This document shows, piece after piece, positions 39,014-49,573 of a stretch of 64,000 nt of DNA (positions are counted from its first letter, which is position 1; each line of letters begins with the position of its first letter). The stretch is taken from assembly GCA_965215125.1 (NCBI GenBank), contig OZ244052.1:1536001-1600000 (forward strand), given 5' to 3'. Position numbers and translations under genes: made by a program. The notes beneath the pieces were generated by a model. It did not search any database. It saw only the letters and a list, made by a program, of their open reading frames with translations, and was not told the origin of the DNA. The DNA is from an uncultured candidatus Porisulfidus sp. GTDB lineage: Bacteria > Pseudomonadota > Gammaproteobacteria > Poriferisulfidales > Oxydemutatoraceae.

Positions 39014-39892
39014 ATGACGGTAAAATTTCAAGGCAGTATGGTTGCGATTGTAAGCCCGATGGTGGAAGGCGACATAGATTATAAGTCGTTTAGGAATTTA
39101 ATAGAGTTTCATATACAAAACGGAACCGATGCGATCGTGGTGGCCGGCACTACCGGTGAATCGGCTACAATGAATTATAAAGATCACTGCAAAGTCATAC
39201 GTGTTGCGGTTAAGCAAGCACGAAATCGTGTGCCGATAATCGCCGGCACCGGTTCCAATTCCTCTGCCGAAGCTACGGCACTCACCTTATCCGCCGAGCA
39301 AGACGGTGCCGATGCCTGTCTCTTGGTAACACCCTATTACAACAAACCGACTCAAGAGGGACTTTATCAACACTTTGAGATGATCGCCTGCACGGTTCAA
39401 ATCCCTCTGATACTCTATAATATTCCCGGTAGGACCGCATGCGACATGCTCCCCGAAACCGTCAAGCGTTTGGCGGAAATCGACGGTATTGTCGGCATCA
39501 AAGAGACCGTATCGCTGGACCGTATGCAAGAGATTCGCGATTTATGCGGCAACGAGTTTGCGATTTATAGCGGTGAGGACGCGCTTGCGGCGGAGGCGAT
39601 ATTGCAAGGTGCCGAAGGCGTCATTTCGGTGACCGCCAATGTAGCACCGGCGTTGATGCACCGATTATGCGAAGCTGCCTTAGCGGGTGATCGCAAGCGT
39701 GCCGAGGAGATAGACCGAGCTTTACAGCCTCTGCACAAAGCACTATTTCTTGAATCAAACCCTATTCCCGTTAAGTGGGCATTGACACAAATGGGTTTAA
39801 TCTCCGAGAGGATACGTCTACCGCTGACTACTTTATCCGAGGTGCACCATAAGGCATTAAGCGATGCGATGAAACACGCAGGTATTGAATAA
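39014..39892 (+). CDS. dapA: 4-hydroxy-tetrahydrodipicolinate synthase
   Basis: GTTGES, GTGSN, PYYNKP, YNIPGRT, GIKE, NPIPVK. Confidence 0.97.
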   Translation: MTVKFQGSMVAIVSPMVEGDIDYKSFRNLIEFHIQNGTDAIVVAGTTGESATMNYKDHCKVIRVAVKQARNRVPIIAGTGSNSSAEATALTLSAEQDGADACLLVTPYYNKPTQEGLYQHFEMIACTVQIPLILYNIPGRTACDMLPETVKRLAEIDGIVGIKETVSLDRMQEIRDLCGNEFAIYSGEDALAAEAILQGAEGVISVTANVAPALMHRLCEAALAGDRKRAEEIDRALQPLHKALFLESNPIPVKWALTQMGLISERIRLPLTTLSEVHHKALSDAMKHAGIE

Positions 39893-40935
39893 TGGGAATC
39901 AAGAACCGCGTATTGACCGTTTGTTGTTGTCTGCTGTTGAGCGGTTGTTCATCCGATGGTTTTTCTTTTATGGATGATATAGAGTTTGGTTTGCCGGGCC
40001 TAGGTGAGGGGGTTTATATGGGTGAGGATAACGATTCTTTGGAAGTGCCGCCCGATTTGGCTTCGTTGGATGCTTCAAGGAACTTAGGTGTGCCGGGCAG
40101 CGACAATATCAGCATGTCCGATATGGCTTTTGACAGCTATGTGTTGCCCGAACGCTTGGATTTACGCATCCAGCGCGAAGGCGATGTAGTATGGCTCTCG
40201 GTAGATGTAGACCCGGTGACCTTATGGCCCGAATTACGGAATTTTTTGCAACGCGGTGGATTTGAGATAAGTGCGAGTGATCCTAGTGCCGGTAATATGG
40301 AAACCGCCTGGCGAGAACGTCAATTAAATGTAGACCATAAACGCAGTGGTTCAATCAGAGTGCGTAATCAACTACGAGTTAATCTGGAGCGCGAACCCAA
40401 TGCAATCACCAATGTTTTTTTCTCGGTACGCGAAGCAGGCTATGTAGGCAGCGCGTGGCGGATGTTGCCGCCCGATCCGTATTTGGAGAGACTGCTTTTG
40501 TTTAAGTTCAAGGATCATCTTGCACGCAACAGAGAAATAGCCAATCCTCAAATGGCATCTTTGGATGATATCAAAACACTGCTTCGTATTCGTAATGCGC
40601 AGGGGGTGGCAATCCTTGAAATAGGACAATCGTTCAGCAAAGTATGGCGCCGCCTAAATGCGTCGCTAAGACGCTCGGGGATGAATGTGCGCGCAAGCGA
40701 TCGTAGCCGCGGTGTTTATTTGATTGAATATCAGGAAACTTCCGACGACCGTAACGGTGCAATAGATAATATCGACATCAATAGAGCTTTAGTACAGTTG
40801 CATGTTCTAGGTAGCGACGACCGCACTATTGTTACCGTACATCCGAATCGAGATCAACAAAAAATACCTTATGCCCTCGCTCAACGCGTACTGCAACGGG
40901 TTGTGATGGCATATCAACCGACTTTGGGGTCTTGA
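39892..40935 (+). CDS. bamC: Outer membrane protein assembly lipoprotein BamC
   Basis: Lipobox LSGC, LEVPPDL, MET.W, WRRL..L...G..V...DRS.G.Y; directly downstream of dapA. Confidence 0.85.
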   Translation: MGIKNRVLTVCCCLLLSGCSSDGFSFMDDIEFGLPGLGEGVYMGEDNDSLEVPPDLASLDASRNLGVPGSDNISMSDMAFDSYVLPERLDLRIQREGDVVWLSVDVDPVTLWPELRNFLQRGGFEISASDPSAGNMETAWRERQLNVDHKRSGSIRVRNQLRVNLEREPNAITNVFFSVREAGYVGSAWRMLPPDPYLERLLLFKFKDHLARNREIANPQMASLDDIKTLLRIRNAQGVAILEIGQSFSKVWRRLNASLRRSGMNVRASDRSRGVYLIEYQETSDDRNGAIDNIDINRALVQLHVLGSDDRTIVTVHPNRDQQKIPYALAQRVLQRVVMAYQPTLGS

Positions 40936-41336
40936 TGGAAGAGCATAGATGCCCTTTTCAGGCACCTCAAATCAAGAAAGATTTTGCTTGCACATTGGGA
41001 GTTGAAGTGACACGACGCGACGGTGCGGCGATTGCCTGCCAATCGGACTCTGCCAGTCGGCATTGTTGCGAACTCTACGAGCACCTGAAGCAAGCGGGTT
41101 TAGAGGCTTTCGGTGTGAAAGACGATTTGGCAAAGGTGCCACAAAGTCTCTATATTAAGGTACAATACGGAGGTCTTTTAGGTTTACAAAGGCTACTCGG
41201 CGATAGACGGCAGGATATTGTAGACATTTCATCGTTGCTTACGCAGTTGCATGCACAATACGGTAGGATTGAAGACATACCTTGCGAGCAGGTAAAAACC
41301 GACATTGAGTCGCACAAAGTGCGGTGCAAAAAATAA
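40935..41336 (+). CDS. Cys-rich hypothetical protein
   Basis: 134-aa ORF coupled to bamC; CPF...C...C...CC and KVQYGGLLGLQ motifs. Confidence 0.6.
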   Translation: MEEHRCPFQAPQIKKDFACTLGVEVTRRDGAAIACQSDSASRHCCELYEHLKQAGLEAFGVKDDLAKVPQSLYIKVQYGGLLGLQRLLGDRRQDIVDISSLLTQLHAQYGRIEDIPCEQVKTDIESHKVRCKK

Positions 41337-41395
41337 ACTGCGCCGAACGGATGTATAAATTTGAATAGAAGCAATAAAGATAACGGAGTATAAAA

Positions 41396-41578
41396 ATGGA
41401 GGATACCTTACATCATAAAAATGACGAACCCGGTTTCGTGATAGGCTGGAGATATAAATACAAATTTGAATCCGGCTATTACGACGAAGAGATGACCTTC
41501 GGCGAGGCCAAGAAGCGCGCAGAAGAACTACACCAAAAACATCCCGATATGACTTTTTGGCCTAAGAAAAATCAATAA
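41396..41578 (+). CDS. Small hypothetical protein
   Basis: 60-aa ORF with RBS GGAG and a protein-like composition. Confidence 0.55.
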   Translation: MEDTLHHKNDEPGFVIGWRYKYKFESGYYDEEMTFGEAKKRAEELHQKHPDMTFWPKKNQ

Positions 41579-41861
41579 AAGCAGCTTTTTATAATCCTGA
41601 TGCGCATTGAAAACGAGTGTACTATCCCAATGTGCTGAACTTCAGGCTCAATCGGCAGACTTTTCTTTATTTTTAAGATATAATGATTATTAACTTTGAC
41701 TTATTCAGAATACTTGATGCAAATGAATATAAAATTGATGGCTAAAGGAGCAAAGTCTCTGATAATACCGAGAGCATATCCTCGCCCCAAGAGAGCCGAG
41801 GAAATACATTATTTAGTATGGAATTCCGTAGGGCGTGCACTCCACGATGCGATAGGGGACT

Positions 41862-42297
41862 ATGAGCAGCAAGAGCAAAAAGAAAAAGAACATAGCGCAA
41901 GTTCACGACAATAAAAGCGTATCTTCTTCCTCTCAACTAATTAGGCAGATTCATCAGGGGCCGCTACCGTCTCCTGATCAGCTAGCTAAATATGAGGAGT
42001 ATATACCCCGGTTCCGCAGAACGCATTATAAAAATGGCTGAAAACGCGCACAACCACGCATACGAAATAGACAAAGAGACCTTAAAAGTTGTTAGTAAAG
42101 AGAGATGTCACGGTCAGTATATGGCATTTTTCATAGGGGTACTCGGTATATTGGTTGCCGGTTATCTCGCATTAGAAGGACACAGCTATTCGAGCATAGG
42201 CATTGGGCTGGCAGGTATTATACTAATTACGACACAAGCCATTATGGATCGGGCTAAAAATACACCACAAGCTATTATGGATCAGGCTAAAAATTAG
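41862..42297 (+). pseudogene. DUF2335 membrane protein with a +1 frameshift near 41997-42001
   Basis: ATG 41862 frame gives ...GPLPSPDQLAKYE and the next frame continues IYPGSAERIIKMAE, together forming the DUF2335 motif. Confidence 0.7.
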
Positions 42298-42358
42298 CCA
42301 TTAGCTGTATAATTTATTGTGGTGCGCATGCACACCCTCTCCCATAAAGATTGACACG

Positions 42359-43771
42359 ATGGCAGGAATAACGCTTTACGACAAACTATGGCAGGCCCAC
42401 TTGGTTTTTGAAGATGCCGCCGGCGATGCCTTGATCTATATAGACAGACATCTGGTGCATGAGGTGACATCGCCTCAAGCGTTCGAAGGTTTGGCACTGT
42501 CTAATCGCAATTTATGGCGCAAGGATGCAATCATTGCAGTGCCGGATCATAATGTACCGACCCGCAACCAACACGCCGCAATCGCAGACCCGATTTCTCG
42601 TTTACAGTTGGAGACGCTCGCACAAAATTGCACCAAGCACGGTCTCAAGTATTATCCACTCGGCGATATGCGCCAAGGCATCGTCCATGTAATCGGTCCC
42701 GAGCAGGGTGCCACGCTACCGGGAATGACAGTCGTTTGCGGTGATTCGCATACTTCAACGCACGGGGCTTTTGCGACTTTGGCAATGGGTATAGGTACCT
42801 CCGATGTTGAACATGTATTCGCAACCCAGTGCTTAAAGACTGCTAAGCTGAAGAATATGCGTATCCATATAGAGGGTGCTTTAGCTATAGGCATTAATGC
42901 CAAAGACTTGATATTGGCTATTATCGGTCGCATCGGCACCGCCGGCGGTATTGGTTATGCAATCGAATACAGTGGTGATGTGATTGACAACTTATCGATG
43001 GAAGGTCGTATGACGATTTGTAATATGACGATAGAAGCCGGTGCGCGCGCCGGCTTGATTGCATTCGACGGTTGCACCGAGGCTTATCTCAAAGATCGCC
43101 CGTTTGCACCGCAAGGCGCATTATGGGAACAAGCACTCGATAGCTGGGAAGCACTGCACTCCGACAAAGATGCGATGTTTGATACCGAACACACGATAGA
43201 CGCGAGCACCGTGCCGCCGCAGGTGACTTGGGGAACATCGCCGGAAATGGTGGTCTCGGTCAACGATGAAGTCCCGGATCCGAGTGAGCAAAGTGACCCG
43301 AATAAAGCGAAGAATTGGCAACAAGCATTGGCTTATATGGATCTGCACCCCGGCATGGCGATGCAAGACATCAAGCTGGATAAGATATTTATAGGTTCGT
43401 GTACGAATTCCAGAATTGAGGATTTGCGCATCGCTGCGCAAGTTGTCAACGGTAAGAAACTTGCAAGCAATATCAAACAAGCAATTGTCGTTCCGGGATC
43501 GGGTCTGGTCAAACACCAAGCCGAGGAGGAAGGTCTGGACGCTATTTTCGCACGCGCCGGCTTTGAGTGGCGCGAGCCGGGCTGTTCGATGTGTTTAGGC
43601 ATGAACGACGACCGCCTCGATCGTGGAGAGCGGTGCGCCTCTACTTCCAACCGTAACTTTGAAGGCCGTCAAGGTCAAGGAGGTCGCACCCACTTGGTCA
43701 GCCCGGCGATGGCGGCGGCGGCGGCTATCAAAGGGCATTTTACCGACATACGCGATTGGGATATAGACTAA
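42359..43771 (+). CDS. leuC: 3-isopropylmalate dehydratase large subunit
   Basis: [44 protein letters not shown]. Confidence 0.97.
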   Translation: MAGITLYDKLWQAHLVFEDAAGDALIYIDRHLVHEVTSPQAFEGLALSNRNLWRKDAIIAVPDHNVPTRNQHAAIADPISRLQLETLAQNCTKHGLKYYPLGDMRQGIVHVIGPEQGATLPGMTVVCGDSHTSTHGAFATLAMGIGTSDVEHVFATQCLKTAKLKNMRIHIEGALAIGINAKDLILAIIGRIGTAGGIGYAIEYSGDVIDNLSMEGRMTICNMTIEAGARAGLIAFDGCTEAYLKDRPFAPQGALWEQALDSWEALHSDKDAMFDTEHTIDASTVPPQVTWGTSPEMVVSVNDEVPDPSEQSDPNKAKNWQQALAYMDLHPGMAMQDIKLDKIFIGSCTNSRIEDLRIAAQVVNGKKLASNIKQAIVVPGSGLVKHQAEEEGLDAIFARAGFEWREPGCSMCLGMNDDRLDRGERCASTSNRNFEGRQGQGGRTHLVSPAMAAAAAIKGHFTDIRDWDID

Positions 43772-44409
43772 TGCAGAAATTCGAGCGTATTGAAAGCATC
43801 GTGATACCGCTGGACCGAACCAATGTAGATACCGATGTCATCATTCCCAAACAATACTTAAAATCGGTCAAACGCACCGGTTTGGGTCCCTACCTATTTG
43901 ACGATTGGCGGTACCTAGACCCCGGCGATCTAACACTAGACAATTCAACAAGACGCCTCAACCCCGACTGCATATTCAACGATCCTCACTATAAGCAAGC
44001 TCAAGTCCTATTGACCGGTGCCAACTTCGGTTGTGGTTCCTCACGCGAACACGCAGTTTGGGCAATGATGGACTACGGGCTAAAAGTAGCCGTTGCTCCC
44101 GGTTTCGCCGATATTTTCTATAACAACGCAATCAAAAACGGCTTTCTGCCCGTAGTATTAGATACCGACGCAATCACAACCTTGTTCCAAAATACAACAA
44201 GCGATCCCAATTATCGTCTCACGATAAATCTCTACGACCAAACCGTCAACGACGCACAATCGCAATGGCACTTTGACATTGCCGACTTTGACAAACACTG
44301 CTTGTTGGAAGGATTAGACCAAATAGCTTTAACCTTAAAGCACGCCGACAAAATCCGCACCTTTGAAGCAAAACGCCGGGAAAGCGCACCTTGGTTATTT
44401 CTGAAATGA
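43771..44409 (+). CDS. leuD: 3-isopropylmalate dehydratase small subunit
   Basis: NVDTD.IIPKQ, NFGCGSSREHA.WA, FADIF. Confidence 0.97.
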   Translation: MQKFERIESIVIPLDRTNVDTDVIIPKQYLKSVKRTGLGPYLFDDWRYLDPGDLTLDNSTRRLNPDCIFNDPHYKQAQVLLTGANFGCGSSREHAVWAMMDYGLKVAVAPGFADIFYNNAIKNGFLPVVLDTDAITTLFQNTTSDPNYRLTINLYDQTVNDAQSQWHFDIADFDKHCLLEGLDQIALTLKHADKIRTFEAKRRESAPWLFLK

Positions 44410-44425
44410 TAGAACCGCCCGTAGA

Positions 44426-44499
44426 GAGTGGTTAATTCTCCTCCTGTGGAGGGGTGGCAGGCGTAGCCTGACGGAGTGGTTAATTCCCCTCCACAGGAG
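44426..44499 (+). repeat. REP-like palindromic repeat
   Basis: TTCTCCTCCTGTGGAGGGGTGGCAGGCGTAGCCTGACGGAGTGGTTAATTCCCCTCCACAGGAG. Confidence 0.7.
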
Positions 44500-44546
44500 T
44501 GTAACATCTTGTATAATGAATAAATTCTGGCTAATATTTATCTAAT

Positions 44547-45812
44547 ATGAGAGAAGCACATCAATTTTTATCCGAGTCGGCGATATTGCTTAGTACTAAT
44601 TTCGGAAGAGAGCGCAAAGATAATCGGCACTTGGAAGAATTTTGTGAGCTTGTTGCCTCTGCCGGAATTCATGCACAGCTCGTATTGAAGGTTCGTCGGC
44701 ATCGTCCGGACTCTAAATATCTAATTGGTTCGGGCAAGGCTTCCGAACTTCGTGAGCAAGCACAAGCACATAATATAAGGTTGACCATAATAGATCGGGA
44801 TTTAAGTCCCGGTCAGATACGTAATCTAGAGCAACATACCTGCACCCGAGTTATTACTTATACGGGGTTGATACTCGATATATTTGCGCAAAGAGCGCAG
44901 TCGTACGAGGGCAAATTGCAGGTTGAGTTGGCACAGTTGGAATACCTTGCTACACATTTGGTGCGTGGTTGGACGCACTTGGAGCGTCAAAAGGGAGGTA
45001 TCGGGTTGCGTGGTCCCGGTGAGAAACAGCTGGAGACCGACCGCCGCTTATTAAGACGGCGCGTTGCAACTATTAAAAAAGAACTCAAAAGTATCAGCCA
45101 TCAACACGAGCAACGCCGCCGCAATCGCCGGAAAAATGCTTTGCCGCTTATAGCCTTAGTCGGTTATACCAATACCGGCAAATCTACTTTGTTCAATGCC
45201 CTGACCTCGGCCGATGTAGACTCCGCCGACATGCTCTTTGCGACCTTAGACCTTGTCACTCGGCGTTTGGAATTGGAGGATTGCACGGTGTTGGTCTCGG
45301 ACACCGTAGGCTTTATACGAAACCTGCCCCATGAATTGATAGACGCATTTAATGCAACTTTGGTTGAAGTTCGCGATGCCGATTTAATTTTATGTGTGGA
45401 AGATGCCTCCGACCCGCAACGGCTGGAGAAACGTCGCTGCGTAGAGCAAGTTCTGGATAAAATCGGAGCGGGCGATATTAAACGCATCAGAATAATGAAC
45501 AAAATAGATCGCTTAAACGACGCAAAGGCGGCGATAGATTTCAACGGGGGTGCCTTTGCTAGGACCGTCTACATCAGCGCGCTAAAAGGTACGGGAATAG
45601 ATCTTTTATGTCATGCGTTGCAATCCGAAATCGCCGCAAAGAAAAGGATATATAGGCTGTGTTTGCCACCCGCTGCCGGTGCCATACGCGCGTCTTTGTA
45701 CGACAATAAAAGGGTGGTTAATGATCGTTATATACCCGGGCAAGGGTGGTTGTTGGAACTGAGTCTAGAGCAAACCGATGTGTGCCGATTACGATCTATG
45801 GAGGCAGAGTAG
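44547..45812 (+). CDS. hflX: GTPase HflX
   Basis: EGKLQVELAQL, GPGE..LE.DRR, GYTN.GKST, DTVGFI, NKID. Confidence 0.96.
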   Translation: MREAHQFLSESAILLSTNFGRERKDNRHLEEFCELVASAGIHAQLVLKVRRHRPDSKYLIGSGKASELREQAQAHNIRLTIIDRDLSPGQIRNLEQHTCTRVITYTGLILDIFAQRAQSYEGKLQVELAQLEYLATHLVRGWTHLERQKGGIGLRGPGEKQLETDRRLLRRRVATIKKELKSISHQHEQRRRNRRKNALPLIALVGYTNTGKSTLFNALTSADVDSADMLFATLDLVTRRLELEDCTVLVSDTVGFIRNLPHELIDAFNATLVEVRDADLILCVEDASDPQRLEKRRCVEQVLDKIGAGDIKRIRIMNKIDRLNDAKAAIDFNGGAFARTVYISALKGTGIDLLCHALQSEIAAKKRIYRLCLPPAAGAIRASLYDNKRVVNDRYIPGQGWLLELSLEQTDVCRLRSMEAE

Positions 45813-45836
45813 AACTTCAATGTAACCGACATGCGT

Positions 45837-45910
45837 GGGGCGGACCATTCCCCTCCGAAGGAGGGGAATGGTCCGCCCCTATAGTTCGTAGATACTTTTT
45901 CAACAGTCCC
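45837..45910. repeat. Perfect 20-bp-stem REP-like hairpin plus IS1182-type solo end
   Basis: GGGGCGGACCATTCCCCTCC-GAA-GGAGGGGAATGGTCCGCCCC (45837-45879); GATACTTTTTCAACAGTCCC (45891-45910). Confidence 0.75.
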
Positions 45911-46045
45911 ACATTACTATTTTGTGCTTACAAGGAAAATATGGGTTCTTTCATTATGATTATAGGGATGATATAATCATCTTTTATTAATTTGACGGCT
46001 TTGCGAAGCAACCCTAAATACACAATTTTAATTTAACCATAAAAC

Positions 46046-47256
46046 ATGCCTTGGAGCGAAGATAAAGACAGGACGAATAGATCCGACAAAAGAAGTGGGT
46101 CGTCGGGAGAACCACCCGACTTAATGGATTTATTGGGTGTTCTATTTGGTTTTAAGAAGAACAAGTCCCAAAGATCCGGTTCGTCGTCGGATGAACCCCC
46201 GCAAAGAAAAAGACCGAGTTTCGGTTCCGGGTTCGGCAAGTCCAACTCGTTTAATTTCTCGTTAATACTAGGTGTAATTGTCACCGTTTGGATACTTTCC
46301 GGTATTTATATCGTTAGCGAAGGTCAGCGAGGCGTTATTCTGCGCTTCGGTGAATATCACGATATGACCTTGCCGGGTCCGCATTGGCATATTCCGTATC
46401 CGATTGAAACGGTTGAGAAGGTGGATGTAGGCAAAGTGCGGTCGGCACAAAATAAGGTTTCCATGCTAACCCAAGACGAAAACATCGTTGAAGTAGAGTT
46501 GGCCGTGCAGTACCGTGTTAAAGATGCTGCCGATTATCTCTTTAATGTACGCTTGCCCGATATAGACAACGACAGAGCGGATCAATCTCGAGGGACACTT
46601 TTTCAGGTAATGGAAAGTGCGTTGCGCGAAGTAATCGGCAAGAACAGTATGGATTTTATTCTCGGTGAAGGACGCGCCGATATCGCCGCCAAGACGAAGG
46701 TTTTGATGCAGTCCATATTGGACGACTATGCCTCGGGTTTAATCGTTCTTAATGTTAATTTACAGCAATCGCAACCGCCCGCTGCGGTGCAAGGTTCTTT
46801 TGCCGATGCGATCAAGGCACGCGAAGACGAGATTCGGTTTATCAACGAGGCGGAGGCGTATTCCAACGGCATAATCCCGCAAGCGCGCGGTGAAGCGGCG
46901 CGCATGATGGCGGAAGCCAATGCCTATAGGGAAAGAGTCGTTGAGAATTCCATCGGTGAAGCCGACCGCTTTAACAAGCTATACGAGGAATATCGTAAGG
47001 CACCCGAAGTGACACGCGAACGTCTTTATCTGCAAGCAATACAGTCGGTGTTATCGAGATCCAATAAAGTCATGATCAATGTTGACGAGGCAACAATGTA
47101 TTTTATTTGCCGTTGGATAGAATGATGCGAGATGTGACAGCGAAGGATTCCGGGGGGCAGGGTTCAACATCCCAGTCTGCCGGTTCAGGCAACGACAACA
47201 TTAGAAATATGAGCGATCGAATTCGCTCGGGTGTGGAACGGATAAGAGGGAGATGA
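46046..47256 (+). CDS. hflK: FtsH modulator HflK with an apparent 1-bp deletion near 47088
   Basis: MPW...PPDL, MLT.DENIV, A..DAI.ARED; the conserved GNN.FYLPLD lies in the shifted frame, which ends at a TGA overlapping the hflC ATG. Confidence 0.92.
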
Positions 47257-48110
47257 AGAGATTTTTACCATTCATTATAGTACTCGTGCTGCTTATCGGT
47301 TATACCGCAACTTATGTAGTAGATCAACGCGAGAAAGCCTTGTTATTTAGATTGGGCGAAATCATTAAAGAAGATATTCCACCGGGGTTGCACTTCAAAT
47401 TCCCACTGATCAACAATGCGAGATTTTTTGATGCGCGTATCCTCACGCTCGACGCACAACCCGAGAGTTTTTTGACGGTGGAAAAGAAAAATGTGACCGT
47501 AGATTTCTTCGTGAAGTGGCGCATTTTGAATGTCGGACAGTATTATCGTTCCACGCGAGGCGACGAGCGCAACGCGCTAAGTCGTTTATCGCAAATCATG
47601 AAAGATCAACTGCGCAACGAGTTCGGCAAGCGGACGATACAGGAGGCGGTCTCCGGAGAGCGTAGCCAGATTATGGATATATTAAGGGTCAAATCAAACG
47701 AGACGGCTAAGGAACTTGGTATAGAGATTGTCGATGTGCGTATCAGCCGTATAGATTTACCCGACGATGTTAGCAATGCCGTTTATGAAAGAATGCGTGC
47801 CGAGCGTAGTCGTGTTGCAAGAGACTTCAGGGCTCGAGGCATGGAACAGGCAGAGCGCATCCGAGCCGAAGCCGATCGCGAGCGTATTGCGATCCTTGCC
47901 GAAGCGTATCGCGAATCGGAAAAAATTCGTGGTGAAGGGGATGCAGAGTCGGCTAGGATATATGCCGATGCCTACAATAAGGATCCCGAGTTTTACTCGT
48001 TTACGCGCAGTATAAGAGCATACGAAGATGCATTCGGAGGATCCGACACTCTAATCTTGGAACCGGAATCCGATTTCTTCCATTACTTTAATCAAAAAAG
48101 TAGAGAATAG
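47253..48110 (+). CDS. hflC: FtsH modulator HflC
   Basis: PGLHFK.P, LR.EFG.R, VYERMRAER, DPEFY.F.RS..AY. Confidence 0.96.
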   Translation: MKRFLPFIIVLVLLIGYTATYVVDQREKALLFRLGEIIKEDIPPGLHFKFPLINNARFFDARILTLDAQPESFLTVEKKNVTVDFFVKWRILNVGQYYRSTRGDERNALSRLSQIMKDQLRNEFGKRTIQEAVSGERSQIMDILRVKSNETAKELGIEIVDVRISRIDLPDDVSNAVYERMRAERSRVARDFRARGMEQAERIRAEADRERIAILAEAYRESEKIRGEGDAESARIYADAYNKDPEFYSFTRSIRAYEDAFGGSDTLILEPESDFFHYFNQKSRE

Positions 48111-48194
48111 GAAAGCGATGCACGGTGATGCATGATGTATATTCCTGTACAAGGATATACATTTGTATGAATACGGCATGTATAAAAATTTAAG

Positions 48195-48392
48195 ATGGAT
48201 TGGACCGATTTTGTTACCGCACTCGGACTGATGCTTGTCTTTGAAGGCATCGTCCCGTTTCTCAAACCTGCAAAATGGAAGCAAGTACTTATTGGAATAA
48301 GCGAATTTAGCGATTATCGTCTTAGGATGGGGAGCCTGATCCTTATGATAATCGGGTTGCTAATCGTATATGTCGCTAGAAGTTGGGCATAG
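48195..48392 (+). CDS. DUF2065 family membrane protein
   Basis: ALGL.LV.EG..PF..P..W, LR..; canonical position between hflC and hisZ. Confidence 0.85.
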   Translation: MDWTDFVTALGLMLVFEGIVPFLKPAKWKQVLIGISEFSDYRLRMGSLILMIIGLLIVYVARSWA

Positions 48393-48394
48393 CC

Positions 48395-49573
48395 GTGAAC
48401 CAAAAGTGGATTTTGCCCGAGAATATAGACGACATATTGCCTGCCGAGGCGAGACGACTGGAGGCGATGCGTCGGCGGATCATAGACCTATTCGACGGTT
48501 GGGGTTATGAATTAGTCAATCCTCCGCTCGTTGAGTTTTTAGAATCTTTGGTTGCACCCGAGGAAGACGAGCTTTTATTGCAGACTTTTAAGTTGACCGA
48601 TCAGTTGAGCGGTAAAACCTTAGGTGTGCGTGCCGATATGACCCCCCAAATCGCTCGCATAGATGTACATGCTTTGAGTGGTAATAAAATCAACCGTCTA
48701 TGTTATTGCGACACGGTACTAAAAACTAAACCTGAAAGCGTCGGGGCTTCGCGATCTCCGATACAGTTTGGTGCCGAGGTCTACGGACACGACGGCATTG
48801 AAAGTACGCTTGAGATCATACGGCTCATGTTGGGGACACTGAAGTTGGCAGGTGCAACACAGAATCTCCTGTCTTTAGGGCATGTAGGTATTTATTTGGA
48901 ACTAGTCAAAGCGGCAAAATTAAAGCCGGCACAAAATGCCGACTTGATCCCTCTGTTACACTCCAAGGCCAAGCACGAAATTTACACCTATCTAAAGGCA
49001 ACCGGAATTCCTAAGCAACAGATAATGTGGTTCACCGATCTTAGTGATTTTCATGGCGACACAAGCGTGCTAAAAGACGCGCGTCGTTGTTATAGTGCTA
49101 TATCGGATAACATGACGGCACTGCTCGATGAACTGCAAGTCGTTGCCGACAGGTCGTCGGAGTACGCCGACAAAATATTGTTTGATCTATCCGAACTACC
49201 CTCGTATCACTATGAGGCAGGCATTGTTTTCTCGGCTTTTGTTCTGGATATTAGGCAGGAAGTTGCAAGAGGAGGTTGCTATGACGGTGTAGGCGAACCT
49301 TTCGGGCACGCACGCCCCGCCGTCGGTTTTAGCGGCGATATGAAATTGTTTTTGGATATCAATCAGGATCGTGCGTCGGGCACATTGCGGGATAAAAAAC
49401 TTATATTTGCGCCGCGAGATCAAGATGAGGCATTGCAAGAGATGATAGAGTCTGCACGCGCAGATGGTGATAGAGTCGTCGTCCAACTAGGAGACGAACA
49501 GCCCGAAGACTATGGGTGTGATGCTTGTTTTGTCAAGATAGATAGACAATGGACGATAGAGATTATTAAATGA
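48395..49573 (+). CDS. hisZ: ATP phosphoribosyltransferase regulatory subunit
   Basis: W.LPE.I.D.LP, DQLSG..LG.RAD.TPQ.ARID, Q.GAE.YG, ARGG.YD, RPA.GFS. Confidence 0.93.
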   Translation: MNQKWILPENIDDILPAEARRLEAMRRRIIDLFDGWGYELVNPPLVEFLESLVAPEEDELLLQTFKLTDQLSGKTLGVRADMTPQIARIDVHALSGNKINRLCYCDTVLKTKPESVGASRSPIQFGAEVYGHDGIESTLEIIRLMLGTLKLAGATQNLLSLGHVGIYLELVKAAKLKPAQNADLIPLLHSKAKHEIYTYLKATGIPKQQIMWFTDLSDFHGDTSVLKDARRCYSAISDNMTALLDELQVVADRSSEYADKILFDLSELPSYHYEAGIVFSAFVLDIRQEVARGGCYDGVGEPFGHARPAVGFSGDMKLFLDINQDRASGTLRDKKLIFAPRDQDEALQEMIESARADGDRVVVQLGDEQPEDYGCDACFVKIDRQWTIEIIK

